Below the pieces are notes generated by a model. The model was given only the letters and a program-made list of their open reading frames with translations. It made no database searches and was not told the origin of the DNA. From positions 12,462,001 through 12,526,000 of the forward strand of contig NC_047032.1 in the NCBI RefSeq assembly GCF_902652985.1: a DNA stretch of 64,000 bases, read 5' to 3'. The translations under genes and the position numbers were made by a program. Shown piece after piece: positions 50,205 to 62,528 of the stretch; the stretch's first letter is position 1, and the number at the start of each line of letters is the position of its first letter. The DNA is from Pecten maximus (Eukaryota).

Positions 50205-50230
50205 AGTCACGCCACAGCAGAAAAGGAAGG
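50205..50230 (-). other. EEF1A: Non-coding first exon of EF1A with 5'TOP/TCT-type pyrimidine start
   Basis: Minus strand CCTTCCTTTTCTGCTGTGGCGTGACT|GTGAGT, with TATATT about 25-30 nt upstream. eEF1A mRNAs are established TOP mRNAs. Confidence 0.75.
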
Positions 50231-50529
50231 AATATCGTATCACGTGGGCAATATAGGCTTCGGAGATGCGCACACGGTGTTGTTGACGTCACTGCCTTAT
50301 TTGTACCTAACCAAGTCTATGACATGTTTGTATCAAATGTATTTATGAATGGCAGATTCGAAGCTTTAAAAAGAGAGATTAAACAACAGGTTACTTCCGG
50401 AACGTCATGTACCCTGTGATATGAAAAGGACTCCTAAATAAGTATTATAGGCATAATTCACCGTATCAATATGTTGCAAGGCTGAATTGAAAACAGTGTA
50501 GATCAGCAATTTTATTACAAAAAAGTGCA
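50231..50529. promoter_or_regulatory. Bidirectional promoter region between EF1A and MRPS14
   Basis: Head-to-head genes. CACGTG at 50241, TGACGTCA at 50284-50291, ETS-type ACTTCCGGAA at 50393-50402. Confidence 0.7.
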
Positions 50530-50580
50530 ATGCAAGCTATTGCGTCATCTATGCGAAATTTGGCAAGGCCGTTTTTGAAG
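50530..50580 (+). CDS. MRPS14: Mitochondrial ribosomal protein S14 (uS14m) exon 1 (MQAIASSMRNLARPFLK), presequence
   Basis: Basic leader with no acidic residues; AAG|GTAAAT phase-0 donor in frame with exon 2. Confidence 0.75.
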
Positions 50581-51097
50581 GTAAATTTATTCTCAATTTT
50601 GTAATAACATTATTTGTTCACTAGGCCTACTAATGAGTTGAAAACATATCATTTTTGACATTGTATTCAGCTACTATATATGATAAATTACTTTGGATCT
50701 TCAGGGGCTTAGGTGATGACGCTGTAATTTAAAACTCGAACATAAGATAAGGGGCATATGCCGGTATGGTGGTGGAGGGCGGGGGGGGGTGTTGAGGAGG
50801 AATCAGGAGGGACCCCCCACCCCTATCACCAGCTGTGCAGTACCTATACAAGAACATGCAGACAATTACCTTGATATATTATTACCATTAACATGCTAAC
50901 ATGATTAGATGGAATCTGGTGGCCTTGCATAGGCCTAATCGCAACAATATCACCAGGGTTTTTTAAAAACCGGTTTCTTAACGATTTTTATCAAATAATC
51001 CTAGGTATTACAACTTTCAAAAGCCTTGTTTAACATACAGATCAGGTATACTACGTTCTGTGCATAGCTGAATCAATAGGTGGTAAGCACAGACCTG

Positions 51098-51244
51098 TAC
51101 ATCACAAAAAATAATTGTCAGATAAAAAAAATAGCATCTCCCGAGTATGACCTGTCCTGCGACTAACAAGTATATGTAGTCGTGGGACCGGTCATACTCG
51201 GGAGACTATATTTTTTCATCTGACAATTATTTGTTTGTGATGTA
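51098..51244. repeat. ~145-bp foldback hairpin element
   Basis: TACATCACAAAAAATAATTGTCAGAT...CTCCCGAGTATGACC / GGTCATACTCGGGAG...ATCTGACAATTATTTGTTTGTGATGTA. Confidence 0.8.
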
Positions 51245-51600
51245 GCTCTTTGCCTACCCCGTGTGGATGAATCCACCAACATGGCATATTTGTATGTGCA
51301 ATATGCCATCCATCCATCTATATTGCTTTTCAATGATTTTGGATTTAATAGAAAAATAAATAAATGCTGCAAAAAGTTAAAGAAGATTTGGCATTTAAGA
51401 TGATCAATAAGAAAAGACATCAAATGTATTTTTTAATTGCTGATGTACTAGACGACTAATTACATGTAGGAATTTTGCAATTTCAGTTATAATTAGTAAA
51501 TATTATCGTGGTTACTGCTTATTGTACCTCTATGCATTAATTATCATAGAAACTTTTCTTATGCATTTTTTATGAGTTTTTATAAGGGTAAATCTGAAAT

Positions 51601-51715
51601 CACAGGGGCTTGGCACGATTTTCCAAACAATGGTCCATATATATACACACTATAATAGTTATACAATATACATATATATGGACCATCATTTGGAAAATTG
51701 TGCCAAGCCCCTGTG
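51601..51715. mobile_element. 115-bp palindromic MITE with 8-bp TSD (P- or hAT-superfamily-like)
   Basis: TCTGAAAT[CACAGGGGCTTGGCAC...GTGCCAAGCCCCTGTG]TCTGAAAT. Confidence 0.85.
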
Positions 51716-51740
51716 TCTGAAATTATCAACATATTCTGTC

Positions 51741-52309
51741 TTTTTAGGTCACCCGAGACAAAGTCTCAGTTGACCTATTGCAATTGCCTTATGTCCAGCG
51801 TCGTCCATTGTGTGTCGTCCGCCGTAAACAATTTACATTTTCAACTTCAACTTTTAATAACCAACAGGCCCAGAGACCTGATATTGGGTCTGCTGCATTC
51901 TGTGATGAAGGGCTATCAAGTTTGTTCAAATGATTGACTTTGACCTACATTCAAGGTCACCGAGGTCAAATATGCTGAAATGTTTAAACAACTTCTCAAA
52001 AGAGTCCCAGGGGATTGATTTTGGGTCTGTACGTAGCATTCTGAGGAGAAGGGCTACCAAGTTTGTTGAAATGAAGGACTTTGACCAACATTCAAGGGCA
52101 CAGGGGTCAGATAGGCTGAGTTTTTTGTAGGACCTCTTCTCAATAATCAAGAGGCCCAGGGACTTGATATTAGGTCTGTAGCATGCTGGGATGAAGGGCT
52201 ACCAAGTTTGTTTCAATGGATGACCTTGACCTTAATTCAAGGTCACAAGGGTCAAATATGCTCAAAGATATCAAAACTCTGATGACTGTTAAGACCCATG
52301 GGCTTGTTT
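51741..52309 (+). mobile_element. HINE-type element with the 19270-type ~145-bp core but a different head
   Basis: TTTTTAGGTCACCCGAG...TTGACCTA head, (GTCC)-like tract, about 3 core units, 3' hairpin AAGACCCATGGGCTT. Confidence 0.75.
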
Positions 52310-52310
52310 A

Positions 52311-52403
52311 TGCAGAGTTATCTGCCCTTGTAAGCAGGTATTGGTTGTTTATGTAATAGAAGTACATCGTATCAACACTTGCTCACAAGGGCAGTAACTC
52401 TAC
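52311..52403. mobile_element. Palindromic MITE
   Basis: TGCAGAGTTATCTGCCCTTGTAAGCAGGT ... ACTTGCTCACAAGGGCAGTAACTCTACA. Confidence 0.7.
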
Positions 52404-53149
52404 ATTACAGAAAGAAATAGCAGATAGTCATAATTATTATTAAGTAGGCCTTTATAGATGATATAGGTTGATATATATAATGGTCAACCAAAATATGTTA
52501 AACGAAAGTGTAGTATGTACAGTATGACTGCATATGTTGCCAAGTTGCTATTCGGATATCAGCAATTTGTGCTTGTTTCCTAATTCCTCCATCTCGGGCG
52601 ACCGGGGTCCCTCTTCTGCATTGTAGGCTGCAAGCGCCTGAACCCCATTTATCCTGTGAAAATAGATTTTGAAATATTACTATTAACATCCAATAGTAAA
52701 ACTACTCCAGAGAAGCATTTCATATTAAGTTTGCATGCAAAATTACTGTATCCTAGGCTTATATATCATAAACAGCCTTGGACAATCAAGAGCCTAAGAA
52801 TTTCTCAAACTATAATATATAGATTGCACAGTACTTCACCTGGTTCACCTGGCTTCGGTCTGTGTTAGACGTTATCGTCTCTTGACCACCTTAATAGATT
52901 TCAGTTCATCAATACGTCTTGTTGCGCCTTGTCCTTGATTCAAAGTTTTTCATCAAATATATCATTGTTATCACTATTGTGGTTCCGTGGATTTCTTTAT
53001 GATTATATACAATTTCTCCACCTCTTAAAATTTATGTACAGTTTCCACATAATAAATATCATTTTAAATTTGTAAAAAAATTGTCTCACAGTCCTCTTAT
53101 TCCTTTTATATACTGGCTTGTAGATCTTTAAACACAAGTTGGGTGAAAT

Positions 53150-53515
53150 TTTATTAGCAGGTCTTTCCAATGCTTGTTGAGTCTATTTTTGAATTGGTTG
53201 ATTGTCTCACTTTCTACCACTTCCTCTGACAAGTTATTCCAGTCATTGATTACTCTTATATTAAAGGAGTTTGTTCTGATGTTCAGTCTGCTCTGGTTTG
53301 GGGCTTCCTAATTTTGTATTTGTGTCCTCTGGTCCTCCTGTTTGTCTCCATTTCAAAGAAATCTTCTTTTTCGAGGTTGTCTATTCCCTTGATTATTCTG
53401 AATGTTTGAATCATATCCGTTCTTTTTCTTCTGTATTGTAGGGACGGAATGCCAAGTTGTTTAAGTCGTTGCGGATAAGACTGGTTTTTGATATCTTTCA
53501 CTAGTTTTGTAGTAC
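53150..53515 (-). mobile_element. CR1-group LINE 3' fragment (ORF2 C-terminus, frameshifted)
   Basis: Y.QRLKQLGIPSLQYRRKRTDMIQTFRIIKG...TRGHKYKI, then in another frame FNIRVINDWNNL...FKNRL: the typical CR1/L2 post-RT region. Confidence 0.85.
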
Positions 53516-54394
53516 TGAACATCCATGATATCTTTTGCAGTTCTGTTGAAATACTTAACAAATGTTATTTAGTTGACATGAGTATCTAGAAGATTAACAC
53601 CCCACCCCCACATTTTAAGTTGATGTATTGGTTGCCTTGTTTCAGTAGGATTAAGTTAAGATTTTAAAACTACTACAAGCTTGGGTATAATTATCGCACT
53701 ACTTTGATAATCAAAGGGCTTATGCAAGTGCTGTTTGTCAACATCAATATTGTTAGATCTTAATAAAGACAGGATTTACAGTAACAATAGTCAGGTATGT
53801 TTAATGTAAACTAATAGCAAACCGAAACGAACACAGGATATTTCCCGTGGCCCAAATTGTAAACAATTTACCTAGACATACGATGAGTATTTCGTTGACA
53901 CATTTTGTTTAAAATTGAAAATAATGTTTTCAACTTTGGGATAATCGGTACATTTTACATATATAGGTTGTATAATATATCGGGACCAAAAACTTGAGAA
54001 TAACCAAGTTTTTCGAATTATCTGAGTTCGAATTATCCAAGTTTTTATTACTTAGAAAAAGAAGGATTTTCGCTAGGACCGGAGTAATACTTCTGGTGAA
54101 ACGGAGGCTTCGAGTGATCCGAGTTAAGTTATCAAAGTTTGAATTTTACATGCATGTCTTGTTTTTAGCTATCAGAAATCCAAGTAGGCCACAAGAGCCC
54201 ATTTCTGTTTTTGGATTTCGGACTCAAATTTTGGTAAAACGTTGTACATAGAGGTTTTTAGGGATGCTGTTCGTGTTGCAACACTTTTGGAAAGTTTGGT
54301 TGCCATGGAAACGAAATGGAGGCCTCTGATTGATATTGTCTGATTAAGGTGAAAATTGGTACCAGTTTTTTTTAGGTATGCTGAACAACCCAGA

Positions 54395-54675
54395 AACATT
54401 TTCTGAAAATGTCATGATCAATGGCTATGTTAATGAAATGGAGACCTCTGATTAATCGTAATTTTGATATCATCATATCAAGATAAAAAAAATGGTACAT
54501 AGGGGTTATGAGATATGTAGAACTACATGTTAACATTTTCTGAAAATGTCATGATCAATGGCTATGTTAATGAAATGGAGACCTCTGATTAATCGTAATT
54601 TTGATATCATCATATCAAGATAAAAAAAATGGTACATAGGGGTTATGAGATATGTAGAACTACATGTTAACATTT
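54395..54675. repeat. 137-bp tandem duplication inside a decayed repeat element (about 54160-54915)
   Basis: TTCTGAAAATGTCATGATCAATGGC at 54401 and 54538; the copies are nearly identical. Confidence 0.8.
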
Positions 54676-55513
54676 TCGGAAAGTTTGATTGCCAGAGTAA
54701 CGAAATGGAGGCCTCTGATTTGTCGAAATTTAGATATTGTCCGATTTTGAACAAAAAGGTTGACATTTCCTGACCTCTGATTGTGAAAATTTAGATATTG
54801 TTTGGTTTCAATGAAAATTGGTATATAGGGGTTTTGAGGGATGGCGAACACAGTGGTTCAACTGCTGGGGTGTTTGGGGGACTTCTGTAATGGATTCCCA
54901 TTACAATTAGTACTTGGTTTTTTTTATTTCAGTTAGCCTCAATTACTTGTAATGAATTACGATAAGTTGCTCATTGTGACCGTGCTGCATATGGGAGCTT
55001 CTAGCCAACTATGGTATCTGATATTGAAATGAACCTGAAATCCTCTTTTGTTTTTTATATCAAGCATTGTGAGTTTTCCCTTGGACCCTCAAATTTATAA
55101 AACTGACGCAGTCATAGGCTCTAAATCATATAGGAATTAATGAAGTGTCTGATTTTATTAATTTCTGATTGGTGATCATCATAATCAGTTGACCCTGAAC
55201 TTTTAGCAAGATTTGAAGTTAAATCACTACTTCAGTCACAGAGCCTTGAAACCTCTATCCAATAGACTTGTTCTTCAAACTGATGAGTGAGATTATTATT
55301 GGGAGTCAAAATCATGCTCTGACTCAAAGAGCTACTGGGAGGTTCATTTAGGAGCCCTGGTCATATCAATAATCATCAAGCATGTCAAGTTAAGGGTCAA
55401 AATAAAGGTTTTTGAGTGTCAAGGAAAACCCTGTTTGAAGTATTTTATTCATATTTATTTATGATCAAGAAGTGACTTGATGTCATTTATGACTTATTTT
55501 TTTTACACTCCAG

Positions 55514-55705
55514 GTGCTAAACTTTCCTAATACAACACTTCCTGTGGAGCAACAACCATTTCAGACAGCTCAGGTGCGAACCAGATATGTTGATTGGAAA
55601 ATGCGGAGGGATGCTAAACGGCGAGATCTTGTTAAGGAATATGGAGCAGAAAGACTGAGATACAATGCCCTAAAACGAAATACGATCTTACCATCAAAGA
55701 TACGG
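55514..55705 (+). CDS. MRPS14: MRPS14 exon 2 (VLNF...[40 protein letters not shown])
   Basis: YVDW.M.RD.KRR and N.ILP motifs of uS14m; cag acceptor, GTAGGT donor. Confidence 0.95.
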
Positions 55706-56319
55706 GTAGGTAGTAGGTATTTGGAAACATTTTGTCAATCTTCAACTTTAACATCCAGCAGTTTTTCTGAGGACTTCTTGCGGCTGATAATAGACCCATT
55801 TTAAATTGAAATTATTTCATATTTAGGCAATATTTCCAAAATCAGTAGTGTTCCTTTTCTGAAAATTTCCTCCCAATTCACAAAATCATCTCTATAAAAA
55901 CAGTCACATCCATGGTATTTCAGATTTGCATTTTGCAAATTACTTGTATTTGATAATGCACAGAATAGATCATCCCATTGTATATATACTGTTAGTGTTC
56001 TCTTGAATTCAGTAGTTTTAAAAGTATACTGTAAATGAAAGTTTTGCTTAATCAGTTATACATTCATGATGATTATGAATTATTTTGTATCTATGTTTAA
56101 AAATTGTCACCCCAAAAAAAAACTAAAGGTTTAATACATCATGTTTATTTTTGTAAAATTATGTTATAAAGTTCTGCTTGCTCTGAAAACCTAGTGGTAG
56201 AATGTAGACATTGTTCTGAACAAAGTTAAATACTAAGATATTGAGTTGTTGTTGAGCAATTCTACTGAAAAATGTATATGACATGTATATACAAGAAACA
56301 GCATTTGTCCTACATGTTG

Positions 56320-57097
56320 GCAATCTAATTAAAATCTAGATGGTCATTTTCACTATGTTACATGAACATCTAACAACATCCCATAAGGGGTCACGTCGGG
56401 ATGACCTTTTGGATTAGCCAATCAAATGACTACTTCCAGAATCTTGGAAATGAATGTTTATGTGTCCGAATTAGCATGACTAGAGTGCATAGTTTGCGTA
56501 ATCTGTCAATTTGTTTCAAGTCATTTCGTCCCGGAATGTATATATAGGTATATATATAAGAGTCAAAGAAGTAATATAAACAGTATAATCCAGATAACAC
56601 TGGATCCTCACATAAATGTATGGAGGATACGAATTACTTGTAATGATTATATGGGGCAAAGAAGTAATTCAATTATATATATTATGTGATTGTATTTGTG
56701 ATTTTTTGTGTTTTGATAAAGGGGCGGATTGCCTCGAAAATTTAACAAACCTTATTGTTTACACTGTTTGAATTACTTCTTTGCCCCATATAATCATTAC
56801 AAGTAATTCGTATCCTCCATACATTTATGTGGGGATCCAGTGTTATCTGGATTATACTGTTCATATTACTTCTTTGACCCTTATATATATATATATATAT
56901 ATACTGTGCCGAAATGGTTTGCTTCAGATGCATGCTGTGACGAAATGTTTTGCTTCGATGACATCGGAAAATTGACAATTCACCCTGAAAGTGAAATACA
57001 CACATCTCAGAGGTCATCCCGACGTGACCCCTTATGGGATGTTGTTAGATGTTCATGTAGCATAGTGAGAGTGAGGATCTAGATTTTAATTAGATTG
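56320..57097. mobile_element. Nested foldback elements: outer ~90-bp TIR element containing an inner ~120-bp TIR element (about 56558-56882) in a TA run
   Basis: Outer arms 56320-56410 and 57010-57097; inner arms 56552-56672 and 56769-56888. Confidence 0.85.
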
Positions 57098-57454
57098 ACA
57101 TGTTGGTGATATTTTTATCCTGTTTTACAGCCAAAAACAGGCCCTAACTAATTCACAGTTTTTTTACCTAAAGGAAGAATGTTATGAATATTATTATTAT
57201 ACCAGTGCTTTATTTTTCCAGGTTAAAGCAAGTATAGGCTGTTGTAAATTTCTTGTACCAAAAACCTGCATGTATATGTTCCTATGTGAAAGTTTTAATT
57301 ATTTAGTTTGTGATAATCTGATTCTCGTTATATGTTAATGACATCTGAAGCAAAATTAATTTGCAATTTGTAGGATAAATGGTGAAAAAATAATTTTGAT
57401 AAATTTATTTAGATACTATCTTATTATCAGTATATATCCTAAAAGAGTGAGTCT

Positions 57455-57592
57455 AACATGGTGGTTCTTTCTTAGATCCGAATTTAATGCTGCATGTCGT
57501 TGACATATTTCAACTTGATGATGACTGATGATGACTCCCCCGAGTTGAAACATGTGAACAACTCTCAGATCTAAGGAAGAACTGCCGTGTTG
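57455..57592. repeat. Degenerate foldback hairpin
   Basis: AACATGGTGGTTCTTTCTTAGATCCGA ... TCAGATCTAAGGAAGAACTGCCGTGTT. Confidence 0.65.
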
Positions 57593-58839
57593 ATCATCTC
57601 ACTCTCTCAGTATATTATCTGGGATATTCTAATGAGACCTCTTGTATAATATTATATCCAAGGTGTGCTCTTAAGGATTTCAATAATTTCTAACTTGAGG
57701 GAAGTTGTGCCTCATCCCAGCTTCTAGTGTCTTTATCGTCTTAGTTGGGGGCCCAGGGCAGGTATCCAAGGGGGGATGACTACACCTTATTAAATCCGAA
57801 CAAACCCAATCTGAAAAGGATGTCATTTATACAATTATCAGTGCAATCCATGATTGATTCAGTCCCCAGAAATTATGATTTCCAGTATTTGTGTTGATGC
57901 TGCACCTTTGAAGCCTAGAAAATGAGTAAAACTTGCTTCAGGAGTCCACTCAAACTATACAGGCATGCCTTAGACCTGTTGACTAAAAATGTTTTATTAC
58001 ACTTTTTTCACTGAGTTATCTCCCTTCGTACAAACCCTTGTTTTCTAAATGGTGTTACAATTCGATATAGTGTCAATGAGCTTAAGGAATAGGAATTTTT
58101 TTTTAAAAGTGTTCTTGTTAAAACCATGAGAACCAGTTTGGTTTTGATTAACAAACTTTTTAGCTGGCTATTTTATGATCACTTTTGATTGCTAGATGCT
58201 ATTGAAGATCATGTTTCATTCCTTGCAATAATAAACATGGGTACTTTTGAACACAATATGTATATACAATATATATGGAACGCTAAGGCTGCCTTATATG
58301 ATAAATATTCATTATATAATTTGATTTTACTATTATATGATATCATATCATTATTATATTATGCGATATTGTCATTATATATCATTTTGCTATTGTATTA
58401 TGCGATGTTGCCATTATATGATGAAATGTATCATTATATGATGAGAAACCATTATGTGATATTGTTTCACCATTATATGATATCATTTCATCATTTGCCC
58501 ACAGGGGCATGTCTAGTCTTATATAAAAAAAATGCCAAAATTACCTACATATGTATATATAAAGACGAGGGCACCATCAGACTAGAGATGCCCCTGAAAC
58601 CAGTCAAAATGTAAAATTTGTTTTCATTTCAATTTCTTAAACTCATCTCAAAGTTATAATTTTTGCTTGCAAAGGCTGGCAAAAAAAACCCAACATAAGT
58701 TAAGAGTTAAGACTCGTTCTTAAAATCTCTTAAAATATGAAACGAAGACTCATTCAAGATCCTATATACATGTATTAATATAAGACCTAGCCTTTTTATT
58801 TCTCACTATTAAAGAAGTTCTCTTTTTTATGTTTTGCAG

Positions 58840-59022
58840 GAAAAAGCTGCAGAAGACATAAAGACACTTCCATTAAATAGCTCTATTTCTCATGTACATA
58901 AGCGATGCATCATAACATCTCGACCGCGTGGAAATCTGAGGAGGTTCCGAATGAGTAGGATTGTATGGAGAAAACTGGCCGACTATAACAAATTATCAGG
59001 TGTGACTCGATCATCCTGGTAA
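58840..59022 (+). CDS. MRPS14: MRPS14 exon 3 (EKAAEDIKTLPLNSSISHVHKRCIITSRPRGNLRRFRMSRIVWRKLADYNKLSGVTRSSW*)
   Basis: S14 signature RC..TSRPRG...SRIV...LSGV...W; TAA stop. Spliced CDS is 426 nt (141 aa). Confidence 0.97.
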   Translation, partial: EKAAEDIKTLPLNSSISHVHKRCIITSRPRGNLRRFRMSRIVWRKLADYNKLSGVTRSSW

Positions 59023-59991
59023 AATCTTGTGTTTCTTGTTCAAGGAATAAACCTCTTAATCATCCAACAAACTGTGAAAGAAAAAGATTTAAAGATATCA
59101 AAAAGCATATTTGGTACGTTTTCATTCTCCACAGAAATCTGGCTTTAGAGTTTTTTTTGTTTTATTTAAGGATATTTTTATTACCTTTAAAAGTTTTTTA
59201 GGTTTTCAGCTTACAGCATTTACCAGAAGTTTCAGATATAGATTGTTATGAGGAAATTTATGAACAAGAATGTTGATTGAATTGGTAGTTTTTTGTGTTT
59301 GAATCAGTTTTGGAATGTATTTGTATATCTGCTAGAATTGTGAGTTTAACTGTTATGTGGAATTGTTTGTGAGTGAAAGTGTATGTTTAATTGAATAAAT
59401 AATATTGATCGGAACATACCTCTTAGTTATGATTAAATACAATTTGGTTTTTTTGTTTAATTTTTCAAATAAAACTTAAACATAATTATGTGATGACTTT
59501 CATGAAAAATGGAAGATTTCCATTTTTGGTCAGATTGTCATAGTCAAATAACCGAAAAATACGACTTTTCCAACCCAATTAAATGATTTTTTTTAAATAT
59601 GATTTAACATAAAATGGTTTACATGCTTTTTTGTTTTTGAATTTTTACCCCAATATACGAAATACCCTTAATATTAAGCGTTACCCGATTAAGTGGAAAG
59701 TACTGTAAATAAATTTTACCCAGTAATATTGTTTTGATAAACATATTAATTAATGAAACAAGTAAAATGTATATCATCATTGTATCGCATTTATCTGCAA
59801 AGCCTCCTTTAAGTCCTTCATTTTTGCAGAATCATCAATTTTCAAATGCATATGGTAAGCGAAAGGTGTTCCGAAATAAGCTCTCTGCAAATGTTGATAC
59901 ATGTGTAAACGTTTACACTAATTGGGTGGGGGTTATTAGTGGATAAATATTGTACTAGAATTTTACAATTGGGGAAAGGGTTTATTTAAGA

Positions 59992-60607
59992 AATAATTAA
60001 CGATGATTCGTGTATTGTTGCAGGATATATAACGAGGACGAGGATATTTTGCAATTAAATTAATAACGAAGGCCTGCAGGCCTTAGTTATTAATAAAAAA
60101 TTGCAAAATATCTGAGTCTGAGTTGTATATCCTGCAACAATACACGAGTCAAAGTTGATTATTTCTATTCTACCATGTACTGTTTAGTTCTGAGATCTAC
60201 CTCTGTCTAATAGAAAAACAGCAAAGAAACCCCGAGAAAACCTTGTAATTTATTTCTTGAGTATTGCATTATTTGTTGATGAAATATACAGGCAATACAG
60301 TACTACGATCAAAAGCATCTATCATATGGCATTGATTTTGAATATTAAAAAGAAAAAAGAAAAAGCAAAAAAGGGGGGGCCTCCGTAGGATTCGAACTCG
60401 CGTCGTGATAAAAATTTATTGAAAGACTAACCCATTAGCCCACTCGGCTATAGTAACCTTTTATGAAACGGGTGAATTTTAGATATATAAAATTGTAACA
60501 GCTGTGACTCACGAGCGTGTATTATTGGCACGAGCGTGTATTATTGGAAAATAATACATGGTTTTAAACCAATCAAAACTGGCGTTGCATAGCAAACATG
60601 GTAGAAT
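59992..60607. mobile_element. Non-autonomous DNA element with a ~170-bp terminal hairpin, an internal IR and a tRNA-like cassette
   Basis: Hairpin at 59992-60163; ATTCTACCATG (60167) pairs with CATGGTAGAAT (60597). Confidence 0.65.
60373..60458 (-). ncRNA. tRNA-like Pol III cassette (pseudo-tRNA)
   Basis: A box TAGCCGAGTGG, B box GAGTTCGAATCC, then a T6 run. The cloverleaf pairs poorly, so this is not a functional tRNA. Confidence 0.55.
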
Positions 60608-60804
60608 TGAGTATAAATATGGTACTAAATTTTCACACTTGGAAAGTGGCTTTTTTTCAGGATAAACAGCACTATACTTTTACACTAGGAGAGGGGATGA
60701 ATACAGTACTGAACCTTTTCACTAGAAGAGGTGGGCTTATTTCAGGATAAATATTGTATTGAACTTTTTCACTACGGGAATGGCATATTTGTGTACTAAA
60801 AATT

Positions 60805-61440
60805 ACACTAGGGGACAGAGGTGTTGAGTCTCCATTTCTGCAAACTTTGTTTTCATTCCCCAGCGGATGCTTCTGACCAAATTTGATTCAAAATCAAAGT
60901 CATTGATGACTAGTATCAATTTTAGATCTTTACTCTCCCAGGGGACCAGAGTACCCTCACGATGCTTCCGACAAAATTCGGTCTTTAGCCAATCACTGTT
61001 CATGATAACTAGCGAATTAAAGGGCTTGTCCCTATTCCCCCCATTGGGCTCTGAGCCGAGAAGGAGGGTCAGAGTTGTCATTTATGCAAATTTTGTTCCC
61101 CTTCCCCCATGGATGTTTGACTGAATTTGATTAAAATCACTCGTATATGACTAGTGGAAGATTAAATACCGGTATCTTGTACTTGGGTTCCGCCCCTCCT
61201 GTCCTAGGGGGAGGGGCAGAGTCACCACTCATGCCTAATTTTATCCCCTTCCCTCAAGGATGCTTCTGACTTAATTTGGTCAAATTGATTCACTTGTTCA
61301 TGATTAGTAGCGATATCGATGTAAAGTACTTTTCTCGTATTGCGCACCTCTGGTCACCGGTTAGGGGGCAAGGGGGCGACAGAGTCACCATTAGTATAAA
61401 TTTTATTCATTCCTTCTCCCAAGGATGTGTTTGGGGTGTC
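60805..61440 (-). repeat. Degenerate ~150-200-bp tandem units related to the HINE core at 23483
   Basis: Recurrent TTCCCC..GGATGCTTCTGACCAAATTTG and CAGAGTCACCA blocks. Confidence 0.6.
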
Positions 61441-61966
61441 GTTTTAACCGAATTTTAATCTAGCCTCCCAAAATCTCTGAAGAGGCCCCCCCTATACATG
61501 TCCAAACTCGCATAGACTGTAACAAACTCTCGGGGCTCTTCGCTCAATATCCAGGGGCAACGATCACTTTCGCTCTCTACACCATAAGTACATGTATATG
61601 TATGTCATGAATGGAAATGAGGCACCTCGAAAAATCAGATGTGACCAAGCCTATTACACGAACTCGTGTATTCCTGAGTCTGTCAATATCCACCGTAATG
61701 AACAAACGGGTGTTCTCTTATGGAAAATAACTTAAAGCTTGTTTTCCGATCTCAGATTATAAAAAAATATATGTATACTTGTGACATATGGAAATGTTAA
61801 GTGAATTTCTGGCACAATAATCAAGTGAACTTCAAGCTAGAACATTCCAAGACGTTCTGGAAAATTCTACATTATGGAACTTTTGGATTGCTATGCAGCT
61901 CCCGGTCTGTGTCGTGGAAAATACGAAAAGTAGACGAAAACACGACAAACGGAGAGTTTCTGGTTA

Positions 61967-61990
61967 GAAGAGAGAGAGAGAGTGACAGAC

Positions 61991-62023
<33 letters not shown>

Positions 62024-62107
62024 TAGACAGCTCCAAAAGATTATGAAATTATAAATGTGTCAATAAAGTCCAAAAGATTATGAAATTTTAAATGTGTCAA
62101 TAAAGTC
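61967..62107. repeat. (GA)n/(GACA)n microsatellite followed by a ~37-bp tandem duplication
   Basis: Read directly. Confidence 0.85.
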
Positions 62108-62373
62108 TGTTATGTTTGTGTTACCAGTTATCTCCCCCTTATCAAAGCCATTGCTACCACACAGTCCACTATATACACAATTTCATGGTCAAGTAATCAT
62201 GACTCGGACTAGGGTATTATGTGTGTCGCCATGGACCTATATATAGACCTAAATTGCTAAACAGGTTTCTGGTGGACTTTGGTAGCGAGAGATTTCCCAT
62301 TGTGAGAGGCAGCAAGTATGCAGTTAGGGGTATTTCTTTAACTGGCATGATAAAATCATTTTTGTTAATGAGG

Positions 62374-62528
62374 GTTGTTTGTTTTGGTTTAACATCCTAA
62401 CAGCCAGGGTCATATAAGGACGTGCCAGGTTTTGGAGGTGGAGGAAACCGGAGAAAAATCACCGGCCTACGGTCAGTAACTGGCAACTGCCCCACGTAGG
62501 TTTCGAACTCGCAACCCAGAGGTGGTGG
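62374..62528 (-). mobile_element. 5'-truncated V-domain SINE
   Basis: Tail, partly deleted V domain and B box present; A box missing. Confidence 0.85.

Noticed and set aside
56351-57067. CACTA (En/Spm) transposon suggested by CACTA...TAGTG
   Set aside because: The inverted repeat extends about 30 bp further out in both this copy and the 43.4-kb copy, and there is no TSD at the CACTA position.
57525-57560. Hammerhead-like CTGATGA-T-GACTC...GAGTT-GAAAC
   Set aside because: The cleavage position would be G, there is no stem I, and GAGTTGAAACATG is explained as an arm of the surrounding palindrome.
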